Positions 28,247 to 41,100 of a stretch of 64,000 nucleotides of DNA are shown here, in pieces. Origin of the DNA: Eledone cirrhosa (Eukaryota); the NCBI GenBank assembly GCA_964016885.1, contig OZ024750.1, forward strand, positions 29,264,001 to 29,328,000, written 5' to 3'. The position numbers were made by a program, and so were the translations under genes. The notes under the pieces were generated by a model. The model was not told the DNA's origin. It saw only the letters and a list, made by a program, of their open reading frames with translations, and made no database searches. Every line of letters begins with the position of its first letter. The stretch's first letter is position 1.

Positions 28247-31200
28247 AATGGTGGTGATGATGATGACTTGGCTACATGACTTCACTTAGCACTTAATACT
28301 AACATATTGGCTTCAGTTTGTCCAATATGATAACAGAACCCTCTCCTAATTTAACAGTGGAACAATAAAAAGGAGGTAAAAAGTCGTCAGCATTGAATTG
28401 TAAAAATACAAATGGTTTCAATTGTTGTAATAAATACAGTAAAATCAATTTAACCCTTTAGCATTTACATTACTCTATATTTACTATTTTACTTTCACAG
28501 TAAAGGCTTTACCTTACATAATTATCTCACATAATATAGAATCTATGAGATTTTAATATTATTTATTTTGAGAACAATACCTTAACATAAGTATGAGTGG
28601 CCAGTTACAGCTGGTTTGAACAGAAAGAGGTGAGAGAATTCTGGCCGGATATAGCCAGTTTAAAGCCAAGGGTTAACAGTTGAACAGTAAAAAGCAGGTA
28701 GGACATCACCAACATTCAATTGTAAAAAACACAAATGGATTTAATTGTTGTAAAATATTAAAATCAATCTAATGTAACCCCAAATGTCTGACCTTTTTGT
28801 TAACATATTCTAAATAACGTTTGTATATCTCGTGTTTCCTCAATTGTACTGTTTCAAATGGAATGTTTTTCGTGTTTTCCTGTAATTTATTCATCAGTGG
28901 ATTATAGACTTGATTTGTCCATCGTTTGTATCGATTTTCCTGTTGTTTCTTCTTTTTCATTTCAATAGTCTGGAGTTTTGATTCTAGTTCCTGGTAGCAG
29001 GGAGAAAACAAACTATTGTTTATAGTAGCAGGGAGAAAACAAACTATTGTTTATAGTAGCAGGGAGAAAACAAAATATTGTTAATGGTAGCGGGTAGAAA
29101 ACAAACTATTGTTTATAGTAGCAGGGAGAAAACAAACTATTGTTTATAGTAGCAGGGAGAAAACAAAATATTGTTAATGGTAGCGGGTAGAAAACAAACT
29201 ATTGTTTATAGTAGCAGGGAGAAAACAAACTAATGTTTATAGTAGCAGGGAGAAAACAAACTATTGTTTATAGTAGCAGGGAGAAAACAAAATATTATTT
29301 ATACTCTTGGAGAAGTCACATCTTTTTTTTTTTATAATTAAAACAAAAAACCCAGCATGCAACTTATCTACTGAACCTACAAAAGCTTCTATGTTTGTCA
29401 AGTACTAGGTAAAAAATGCTGCATGTAAGATGGAGGAACAAGTTATCTACCAGTTGTAACTTATCTACCAGATGTCATTTATCTACCAGATGTAACTTAT
29501 TTACCAGATGTAATTTATCTACCAGATGTAATTTATCTACCAGATGTAACATATCTACCAGATGTAATTTATCTACCAGGTGTAACATATCTACTAGATG
29601 TAATTTATCTACCAGATGTAATTTAACTACCAGATGTTACTTATTTACCAGATGCAACTTATCTACCAGATGTAACTTAAACATGAGTATACATAGTGAA
29701 TACAATTAAGTGCGAATGATTTACTACACCTAGTGGTTAGGATGTTGTGGGTTCAATTCCCGGACCAAGTTGTGTGTTGTGTTCTTGAGCAAGACACTTC
29801 ATTTCCTGTTGCTCTCATGTGCTCAGCTGAAAATGAGTACCAGCAATCGCTAGGTTGGGGGGATTAACCCTGCAGCGGATTGATGTCCTGTCCAGGGAAA
29901 CCTGGATAAACACCAGCCAGATGAACCTCTGGTGTTGAGATTCATGTTTACTCTAGTGTACTCAGCTGAAAATAAGTACCAGAAGTGGGTGGGGTGGGGG
30001 TGGGGGTAGAAGATAGGGTTAATCCTGCGATGGACTGGTGTCTTGTTCATGGAGAAGCCTTGTACTTTCAGTCACTTAACACCAAGGAAACTGGGATAAA
30101 TACCAGCCTGATCAGCCTCCAGCTTCAAGACAGATTTTAGACTTTTAGAAGACATCAGTATGGCATAACAAACTAGTGTCAATAACTTTGAGCAGAGATG
30201 ATGTAAATTCTAGGCATTAACTCTTCCATTACCATACTGCTATGAAAAACACAGCCTAGGATTTAAAATTCATTCTGAAAATAATCAAGAATTTGGAGAG
30301 ACTTAGTGATATAAGTGGATTGGCAGTATTGGTAGAGCGTCAGACAACATGCTTTGGGGTATAGAGTTACGGCCCTTTATGTTCTGAGTTCAAATCTCGC
30401 CGAGGTTAGCTTTGCCTTTCATCCTTGCGGGGTCGATAAAATAAAGTACCAGTAACACACTGGGGCCGATTTAAACGACTTCCCCTTCCCCCCAAATTGC
30501 TGGCTTTGTGTCTAAATCAGAAACCATTATTAACTTCTTCTAAACTCCTCCTAGTTATTTTATATACCAGCAGGGGGTACCAACTAGCATTTGGAGCATA
30601 ATGATAACAGGGATGTTGCATAGGAGTTTTTAATTTCAAAAATGGCAACTTAAGAGCAGCAAAAAAAAAAAAATATATATATTTTAACACACACACACAT
30701 ATGTATATATATATGTGTGTGTGTGTGTTAAGTATTTCTGTAGAAAAGCTAAAGGAAAGAAGAGTGCTTTATGTATCATACAGAGCTATTTAATTACATA
30801 ATAAACAGCACAATATAATTATTCCATTACTGAAAATTTCAAGAAACTAGACGATTCTTACAGAAACGTCCAGCCTGTTCATCAGACGAAATAATTATGT
30901 TTTGGATATCCAAAAGATAATTATTTTGTCTGACGAATGAGCTAGATATTTCTGTAAGAATTGCCTAGTTTCTCGAAACCTTCGCTAATGGAATAATTAT
31001 ATTGTATTGTTTATTATGTAAATAAAAAAAAAAAAAAAAAATTAAAAAAATATATATATATATGGAGGCACATGGCTTAGTGATTAGAGCATTGGCCTTG
31101 CAATCGAAAGGTTGTGAGTTCAATTCTTAGACCGGGCGATGTGTTGTTTCCTTGAGCAAGGCACTTTATTTCACATTGCTCCAGTTTACTCAGCTGTAGA

Positions 31201-31656
31201 AATGAGATGATAGGGACTGGGGTCCCTATCATTCCACTGCAAAGTGGTCGTGGAGGCGCCACAGCAAAAAAGCACCCAGCACTCACTGTAAATGAGGTTG
31301 GTGTTAGGAAGGGCATCCAGCTGTAGAAATCAAGCCAGAATCAGTTCCCGTCCCACCCTTGCCAGCAGGGAAAAGTGGACGTAAAATGAAATGATGATGA
31401 TGATGATATATAATATAAGATCAAAAGATGGTTAAAAGAGTTCCAAGTATTTTATTATGCGCATTTCAAAAACAAATATCATCATGGGATGATATCTGCG
31501 TTCTCATCAGATAAAATAGGGAGACATGACATGAAGCTTTCATATCATGTCTCCCTATTTTATCTGATGAGAACGCAGATATCATCCCATGATGATATTT
31601 GTTTTTGAAATGTGCATAATAAAATACTTGGAACTCTTTTAACCATCTTTTGATCT

Positions 31657-31699
<43 letters not shown>

Positions 31700-34600
31700 T
31701 TTTTTATTTTTGTTATCTTTGTTATATTTCAAACATTTACTGTCCAATTTACATTGTGGCAGCCTTCAAACAAAACCCGATTTTTTACATTCTACACAAT
31801 GCTTCAAGCAAACCACAACACCCTCCTACAATGGAATGTTTTTATACAAATATAATCACTCCTAAAGTATTGTAGAACTAGGAAGGGAGTCATGTCAGGC
31901 AATTTCGTATCAAAAGGGTTGAGTTATTTTAACACTTGACATTTCAAACACCACTGTACTGACATTTTACTTCTGCACCTTAACTTATTTGAAAGGATTA
32001 GCTTAGGGTCCTTCCTCTCTTTAATTAGACAGCTCTATTCTATTTTCCCTGTCTTTCAAGTAGGTACTTATTTAATCCTTCATATATCCTCACTACTAAG
32101 ATTAGCATAGATTCTCTCAGTCAAGTGACAGTAAAAGAGAATTAGTTAGTTAGTCATTGTACCATGAGAACTAGATTACTAGCTGGTGGGTCTTCAGTTC
32201 AAAACTACATATTTTGTTATATTTACAGAAATAGGGACACTCAGTCAGAGATCCCTATTTCATCAATAGATACAAACAAGACTGGGTGGTTAAGAAGTTT
32301 GCTTATCAATCAAATAGTTCTGGGTTCATCTCCCTGCATATAACCTTAGGCATGTGTCTTCTAGCCAGGACTGTATTACTTATAAAGCAAACTATACTGA
32401 AACCTAGTATCCCTGTAAGGAATAACGGTCAAGGCAGTATTAGGGGGTTGCTGTAGTGAAGTGAAAAATTGAAGCCTGAAAGCTTACAGGCTCAGCAATG
32501 GGGTAATATGGCCCAGCATCAAGAATAGCCTCAGATCAAACTATGGGGTAATATGACCCGACATCTAGTATAACCTCAGAGCAAACTATGGGGTAATATG
32601 ACCCAACATCTAGTATAACCTCAGAGCAAACTATGAGGTAATATGACCCGACATCTAGTATAACCTCAGATCAAACTATGGGGTAATATGACCCGACATC
32701 TAGTATAACCTCAGAGCAAACTATGAGGTAATATGACCTGACATCTAGTATAACCTCAGGTCAAACTATGGGGTAATATGACCCAACATCTGGTATAACC
32801 TCAAGTCAGACTATGGGGTAATATGACCTGACATCTAGTATAACCTCAGGTCAAACTATGGGGTAATATGACCCAACATCTGGTATAACCTCAAGTCAAA
32901 CTATGGGGTAATATGACCCGACATTTAGTATAACCTCAGGTCAAACTATGGGGTAATATGACCTGACATCTAGTATAACCTCAGGTCAAACTATGGGATA
33001 ATATGACCCAGCATCTGGCATCACCTCAGATCAAACTATGGCCTATTGTTTTGTTTAACCACATCACCAGGTTCTTGGCTGTCTTTAGCAGAGTAGATAT
33101 AAACCATTGCATGGGGTGTCATTAGTAGAGTAAACTTAAATGCCTGCCTGGTTTAACACCATCAACCTGGCTCCACCTGATGCCACTAGGCCATGTGTCA
33201 CCAATTAACCATGCAATACAAGTGATACATATTTTCTCTGATAAGCTGATTGAAGCAAGCAGTTTAAGGTTAGATGAAACATTTTTTTAATATTTAACAA
33301 ATTTTACCCTTTTCATGTCATAATCTCTTCCTACCACAGAATCATATTTCTCCATAACTTGTTTGAACTCTGAATATGACTGAAAGAATGAAAAGAAAAA
33401 CAAGCCAAAGCATTAATAAAAATAAATTGATTAAAAAGTTTAAGTTTTAATATTTGATATAAGGAGGACTTTATATTCCGAATGAGGCTTAGCTTAGACT
33501 GTGTGGTATTCACAAGATGTTCATTATCTGGAGGTTTTGACAATTCAGTCTTACGACTTCACAAGATATTCATTGATCTGGAGGAATCGACGATAAAGTT
33601 TTAGGACTTCACAAGATGCCCATTGATCTGGAGGTCTAGACAATAAAGTTTTAGGACTTCACAAGATGTCCATTGATCTGGAGGTCTTGACACTAGAGAC
33701 TTAGGACTTCAAAAGATGTCCATTGATCTGGAGGGCTACACAATACAAAGTTAAAACTTTACAAGATATGTCAATCTATCTATACCAACTGTCAGGTCAC
33801 CAGATGAATATATCTATGTCAACTGTCAGGTCACCAGATCAATATGTATATGCCAACTGTCAGGTCACCAGATCAATATATATATGTCAACTGTCAGGTC
33901 ACCAGATCAATATATCTATGTCAATTGTCAGGTCACCAGATCAATATATCAGTCAACTGTCAGGTCACCAGATCAATATAGCTGTCAACTGTCAAGTCAC
34001 GAGATCAATATATCTGTCAACTGTTAGGTCACCAGATCAATATATGTCAACTACCAGGTCATGAGATCAATATATCTGTCAACTACCAGGTTCCCAGATC
34101 AATATATCTATGTCAATTGTCAGGTCACCAGATCAATAAATCTATATCAACTGTCAGGTCACCAGATCAATATATCTGTCAACTACCAGGTCACCAGATC
34201 AGTATATCTATGTCAACTACCAGGTTCCCAGATCAATATATCTATGTCAATTGTCAGGTCACCAGATCAATAAATCTATGTCAACTGTCAGGTCACCAGA
34301 TCAATATATCTGTCAACTGTCAGGTCACCAGATCAATATATCTATGTCCAACTGTTGTCAGGCCACCAGAACAACATATTTATGTCAGGTCACCAGAGAT
34401 CATTATATCTGTCAACTACCAGGTCACCAGATCAATATATCTATGTCAACTACCAGGTCACCAGATCAATATATCTATGATGTCTGTTAGGCCACCATAT
34501 CAATATATCTATACTAACTGTCAGGTCACTAGATCAATAAATCTATACCAACTGTCAGATCACCAGATCAATATATCTATGTCATCTGTTAGGTAACCAA

Positions 34601-34782
34601 ACAAGGGGAGGAAAAAGTCGATCAAATTGACCCTAGTATTTATATGGTATTTATTTTACCGGCTCTAGAATGATGAAATGCAAGGATGACCTCGGCAATA
34701 TTTGAACTCAGAAGAAAGGAATAAATACCACAAAGCATTCTATCCAACATTTTAACAAATTTGCCAACTTGTTTAATAGTAA

Positions 34783-34817
<35 letters not shown>

Positions 34818-35151
34818 GTAATAATAATAATTATTTCTACTTTTGGCACAAGGTCAGCAATTACCCAGTGCATTACTGGTACTTTATTTTATCGACCCCG
34901 TAAGGATGAAAGGCAAAGTTAACTTCGGCGGGATTTGAACTTAATGGTTTCTGATTTAGGTACGAAGCCAACAATTTTGGGGAGAGGGGAAAATTGATTA
35001 AATCAACCCCAGTGCATTACTGGTATTTTTAATTTATTGACCTCGTAACGATGAAAGGCAAAGCTAACTTTGGCAGGATTTGAACTCAGAACGTAAAGGG
35101 CCACAACTCTATGCTGCAAAGTGTGGTGTCTGACGCTCTACTAATACTTCC

Positions 35152-35183
<32 letters not shown>

Positions 35184-38100
35184 TTTCTTATATAGGCACA
35201 AGGCCAGCAATTTTAAGGAAGGGAAAGTCGATTAAATCGACACCAGTGCATGACTGGTACTTTATTTTATCGACCCCGTGGTGATGAAAGGCAAAGTTAA
35301 CCTCGGCGGGATTTGGACACAGAATGGGAAGGCCCGTAATCTATGCTGCGAAGCATGAGATCTGACCCTCTACCGATACTGCCAATCCACTGCCCCTATA
35401 ATAATAATAAACAAGTTGGTGATCAAGGCAGCAAGAAATAATTAGAAAAATTGAATTTTAACCCTTTATCATTCACATTACTCTATATATACTGAGGCGG
35501 TGGATTGGCAGTATCGGTGGAGGGTCGGACGCCATGCTTTCCAGCATAGTTACGTCCCTTTACGATCTGAGTTCAAATCCTGCCGAGGTTGACTTTACCT
35601 TTCATCCTTACGATAAAATAAAGTACCAGTAATGCACTAGGTAATTGTTGGCCTTGTGCCTAAAGTAGAAACAATTATTTTAGTTCTTTTTTATCTTATA
35701 TTTTGGAAATGTACACACCGTTTTTTTCAATTATTTTGGGGCCCCAAGAAAGTGGGGGCCCTAAGCTATAGCTTGTTTAGCTTATACGTAAATCCCACTC
35801 TGCATCCTCCGGGGAAACGCCTTCTCTATTCTGTCCGCCGAGGCCGTGGAGCGGCCAGCGCGTGGGATCCCATTTGTTCGTAAAAGTGAGATATGGGGAG
35901 GGCGAAAGAGATGGAGGCGATGATAGTGGGAGTTCTGACCTTGTGTATGTGTATGTTTACATCTATTCTTATGTGTAGAAAGCTGCCGAGGTTGACTTTA
36001 CCTTTCATCCTTACGGGGTCGATAAAATAAAGTACCAGTAATGCACTGGATAATTGCTGGCCTTGTGCCTAAAGTAGAAACAATTACTCTATATATACTA
36101 TGAGATTTTAATGGTAAAGGCTTTACCTCGCATAATTATCTCACATAATATCGAATCTATGAGATTTTGAAAGTATTTATTTTGAGAACAATACCGTAAC
36201 ATCAGTTTGTGTGACCAGTTAAAGCCGGTTTCAACAGAAAGAGGTAGAGAATTCTGGCCGGTTTTGGCCGGTTTGAACATTAACCCTTTAATGTTCAAAC
36301 CAGCCAAAACCGCCCAGAATTCTCTACCTCTTTCTGTTGAAACCGGCTTTAACTGGTCACTCAAACTGATGTTAAGGTATTGTTCTCAAAATAAATACTT
36401 TCATAATCTCATAGATTCGATATTATGTGAGATATTATGTGAGGTAAAGCCTTTACCGTGAAAATATAATAGTATATATAGAGTAATATGAATGCTAAAG
36501 GGTTAAAGGGTTAAACTTTTACCTGAAAATGTAAATTGTTTTTTCTTTTCATAAATGGTTCATAGCTGGGATCAATATTTTCCGGTTTTTTAACAAGTGA
36601 GTGACCTCCTCTCTCAGGGTTCACTGTCAACTTCAATGAATAATATAACAAGGCATTGGTTTCTTTATTGGCCACAAGGGCTAACATGAAGAAAAACATT
36701 ACAGACGGCACAGAACAGTACAGGACAATACAAAGTGGATTTTGGCCGTGTAAAAAAGGTTATAACAAGATAGAAATATAAAAAAAAATTCAAACAACAA
36801 AAAATACCCCAATAGGGGACAAACTTCTGAGGGTCACTCGTGGCGAAAACCACACAAAAGACCACGGCCACCCTGACCACCAGGGCAAGCGCCCTCTCTC
36901 AGTTTTCCCACTCTTCAGTCTACAGGCGCATACACAGAGCGGGCTCGTTCACTCGGACCAGACTCGCCATTTTCACCCACCTTTCAACAAACTTACTAGA
37001 AGACAGCACTTGCCTCTCCACCCTGATTTTCCTCTTCAAGTGAAACTTGAAAAAGTTAATCAGGGATTGGCTGAAGAGGAAAGTAATAATAATAATAATA
37101 ATTGTTTCTACTTTTGGCACAAGGCCAGCAATTACCCAGAGTATTACTGGTACTTTATTTTATCGACCCCGTAAGGTTGAAAGGCAAAGTTAATCTCGGC
37201 GGGATTATTTGGCAGTATCGGTAGAGGGTCGGATGCCATGCTTTCCAGCATAGTTACGTCCCTTTACGGTCTGAGTTCAAATCTTGTCGAGGTTAACTTT
37301 GCCTTTCATCCTTACGGGGTCGATAAAATAAAGTACCAGTAATGCACTGGGTAATTGCTGGCCTCGTGCCAAAAGTAGAAACAATTATTTCTACTTTAGG
37401 CACAAGGCCAGTGATTTGAAGGTAAGGGTAAAGTCGATTAAATCAACCCTAGAGTATTACTGTTACTTTATTTTATCGCCCCCCGTAAAGATGAAAGGCA
37501 AAGTTAACCTCGGCAGGATTTCAACATACAATGTAAAGGGCCGTAACTCTATGCTGCAAAGCATGTTGACCGACGTTCTACTGACTCAGCCAATCCAAAT
37601 AATAATTAACATCTTAACCCTTTTGATATCAACCCATTTGAAACTACAACTGATTGATTCTATGATACAAAAACTGTGGAATGCTCAGCCACTTGCATGA
37701 TAATTTCATGAACAGGCTGTTACATTGGTCAAACAACTGGATCTCCATAAAACTGGCCCATAAAACTGGCCCTTCCACAAATTTGTGTATCATCATCATC
37801 ATCATCATCATCATCATTTTACGTCTGCTTTTCCCTGCTTGCAAGGGTGGGACGGGAACTGACTCTGGCTTGATTTCTACAGCTGGATGCCCTTCCTAAC
37901 ACCAACCTCATTTACAGCGAATGCTGGGTGTTTTTTTTTCCGTGGGGCCTACACGACCACTTTACAGTGTGGGCTGGATGCTTTTTTGCCGTGGAATGAT
38001 AGGGACCCCAGTCCTATCATTTCATTTCTACAGCTGAGTAAACTGGAGCAATGTGAAATAAAGTGTCTTGCTCAAGGAAACAACACATCACCTGGTCTGA

Positions 38101-41100
38101 GAATTGAACTCATAACCTTTCGATTGCAAGGCCAATGCTCAAACAACTAAGCCATATGCCTCCATGTGTATCCTTAATGTAATTATCAGGGAGATTCAGC
38201 ATGACACAGCATGTGTGTGTGACAAAGCTGGTCCTTTGAATCCCTGGTATAACTCATATTTTCTTGCTGAGTTTAACATGAAATAAAGTGTCTTGAAAAA
38301 TACTAGGAATTGAACTCACAACCTTACAATTGTGAGCCAAATATTAAAATCTCTAAGCCATACACATTGACACAGATCTCGAGTACATTCTGGTTTGTAT
38401 TACATTCATGAATTAAAAAAACCAACCAACCAGCCAACCAACCGACCAACCAACCAGCCAGCCAACCTGCCAAACAACCAACCAACCAGCCAGCCAACCA
38501 ACCAACCAACCAACCAGCCAGCCAGCCAGCCAACCTGCCAAACAACCAACCAACCAACCAACCAACCAGCCAACCAACCGACCAACCAGCCAGCCAGCCA
38601 ACCTGCCAAACAACCAACCAACCAACCAGCCAACCAACCGAACAGCCAGCCAGCCAACCTGCCAAACAACCAACCAACCAACCAGCCAGCCAACCTGCCA
38701 ACCAACCAGCCAGCCAGCCAACCTGCCAACCAACCAGCCAGCCAACCTGCCAAACAACCAACCAGCCAGCCAGCCAACCAACCAGCTAACCAACCGACCA
38801 ACCAGCCAGTCAGCCAACCAGCCAGCCAGCCAACCTGCCAAACAACCAACCAACCAACCAGCCAGCCAGCCAACCTGCCAAACAACCAACCAACCAACCA
38901 GCTAACCAACCGACCGACCAGCCAGCCAGCCAACCTGCCAAACAACCAACCAACCAACCAGCTAACCAACCAACCGACCAACCAGCCAGCCAGCCAGCCA
39001 ACCTGCCAAACAACCAACCGACCAACCGGCCAACCAGCCAACTAACCAACCAACCAACCAGTCAACCAAACAACCGACCAACCAACCAGCCGACCAACAA
39101 GCTAACCAACCAACCAGCCAGCCAACCGACCAACCAACCAACCAGCCAACAAACCAACCAACCAGCCAACCGACCAACCAACCAACCAGCCAACCGACCA
39201 ACCAGCCAACCGACCAACCAACCAACCAGCCAACCGACCAACCAACCAGCCAGCCAACCATCCAACTAGCTAGCCAACTAACCAACCAATCAACCAACAA
39301 ACAAACAAACCAACCAACCAGCCAGCCAACCAAGCAACCAACCAAACAATCAACCAACCAGCCAGCCAGCCAGCCAACCAACCAAACAACCGACCAACCA
39401 ACCAACCAAGCTGGTAATTAAAGCTACAAGAAAAAAAAATCAGTGAAAAAAACAAAAACAAAAACAAAAACAAAAAAACAAAACAAACAAAGTATTAATT
39501 TTTACCCTAGGAGCTTGCTTGTTATGTTTCATAAGATACAATGTCTTACGAGTTGCCTTTTGTTTATTAGCACGAACTGAAGTGAAACTCTCACCGCGAG
39601 ATTCACTCAGTGGCATTTTGTAAGACTGAGAGCTAGATACCTTTAATTAGAAATATAATATAATTAACCATAACAATATTCCACACCAAAAACACAACAA
39701 AATCTATATTAGCTTCATCACAGTATAGGTTATGAAAAGCATTAAAGTTTTTTTTTAGTTAACTACAAATGTAAATACAATTTAATAGAAAAAGAAAAAA
39801 AAAGAAAATTTAGATTGAGAAGAATAGAATGTAAAATAAGAAAATATAAAGGAAAAGAAAATGGAAAAGGGAGGGAATGGCAAGGACTCTAGTGCCGTAG
39901 AGGGAGGGGGATGAGGAGGGGGATTGGGCCCTGGGCCTTGGGCAGTAGAAGGGGTTGCAGCCTGCAGACAAAAGCCAGCGACAACATCCCACTGCAACAT
40001 CCAACCAACCTTGCGAGGGGGCCCCTACCTTAGATGGGCTGCCAACAACAGATCAATATATCTATGTCAACTGTCAGGAACCTCTTAGCTACTTTACAGC
40101 TTTACATTTTGCCTCCCCTTGGTCTTCCCTATTTGGTTTTATTTTATTTTATTTCATTTCATTTTATTTATTTATTTAATTTAAAATTTTATTTCTAAAT
40201 TCACTTATCTTGATTTTATTTTTGTTTCTTAATTGTAAAAAGTATTAGATACTTTCTCTAGTCTGTCATGGTTTACTAGCTCTATACGGATCTTTAAATT
40301 GATTAAATAAATAAATAAATAATAAATACCAAAAGTAAGATTGGAAACTTAAACTGGTTAAATAAATAAATAAATAAAAGCTCCCCTTCGGTCACGAATG
40401 ACCATGGGTTTTTTCACCTAGAAAATTCCCCTCTGTGGCACAAGTCCGGGCAAGGGTGTTTGTGGAAGACCAGCAGACATCAATACACACCTGTTTCCCT
40501 TCTCCACACCACCGATGTTGTCTAAGGGAAAGGCAACAGCTGATACAGCTTGGTGCCAGTGATGTCACAACACATATACATATCATCATCATCATTTTAC
40601 GTCTGCTTTTCCCTGCTTGCAAGGATGGGATGGGTGTTATTAAGCACAGCATCTCTCCATTCGTCACGGTCCTTTGTCATCTCCTCCGTGAGATCTGAAG
40701 TCTGCCCTCACCACCTCTGCCCATGTTTTTTGTGGTCTTCCTCGACTGTATCTTCCTCCTACTGGGATTTCTTGTCACTTCTTTACTCAGCAGTCATCCT
40801 CCATGTGCATCACATGTCCGTACCAATGCAGTCATCTCTTCTGCACACTACAGCCTATCCCTCTTATATACAGTTTCTCCCTCAACTTGTCTATGCTTGG
40901 TCGTTGACATTGCACATCCAATGGAGCATGCTTGCTTCATTTCTCTCCAGCCATTGCATATCTTCTGCAGTTGCTGCCCATGTCTCACTACCAAGTAGCA
41001 TAACACATCTCACACAGGCATTATATAACCGGCATTTCGTTTGTATATACTATATATATATTATATATACACTATACATACTATATATAGACTATATACA

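Larger units (their letters stand above)
30794..31021. mobile_element. Palindromic hammerhead-bearing element, older and of a different sequence family
   Basis: 114-bp imperfect arms around TTTTGGATATCCAAAA (centre 30907/30908). Confidence 0.6.
31406..31668. mobile_element. Palindromic hammerhead-bearing element (Penelope-like pLTR / retrozyme-like), young
   Basis: ~130-bp arms with 2 mismatches, centre at 31537, bounded by (TA)n. Confidence 0.7.

Noticed and set aside
29416-29709. Cys-repeat ORF (CNLSTR)n
   Set aside because: An 18-bp minisatellite antisense in an intron, with no supporting splice or promoter signals.
35656-35883. Duplicated ORFs at 35656 and 58512, and the [12 protein letters not shown] family
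   Set aside because: Chance ORFs within SINE/MITE copies; the similarity reflects repeat duplication, not coding conservation.
38324-39473. Overlapping ORFs up to 216 aa on both strands
   Set aside because: A (CCAA/CCAG)n microsatellite that lacks stop codons.
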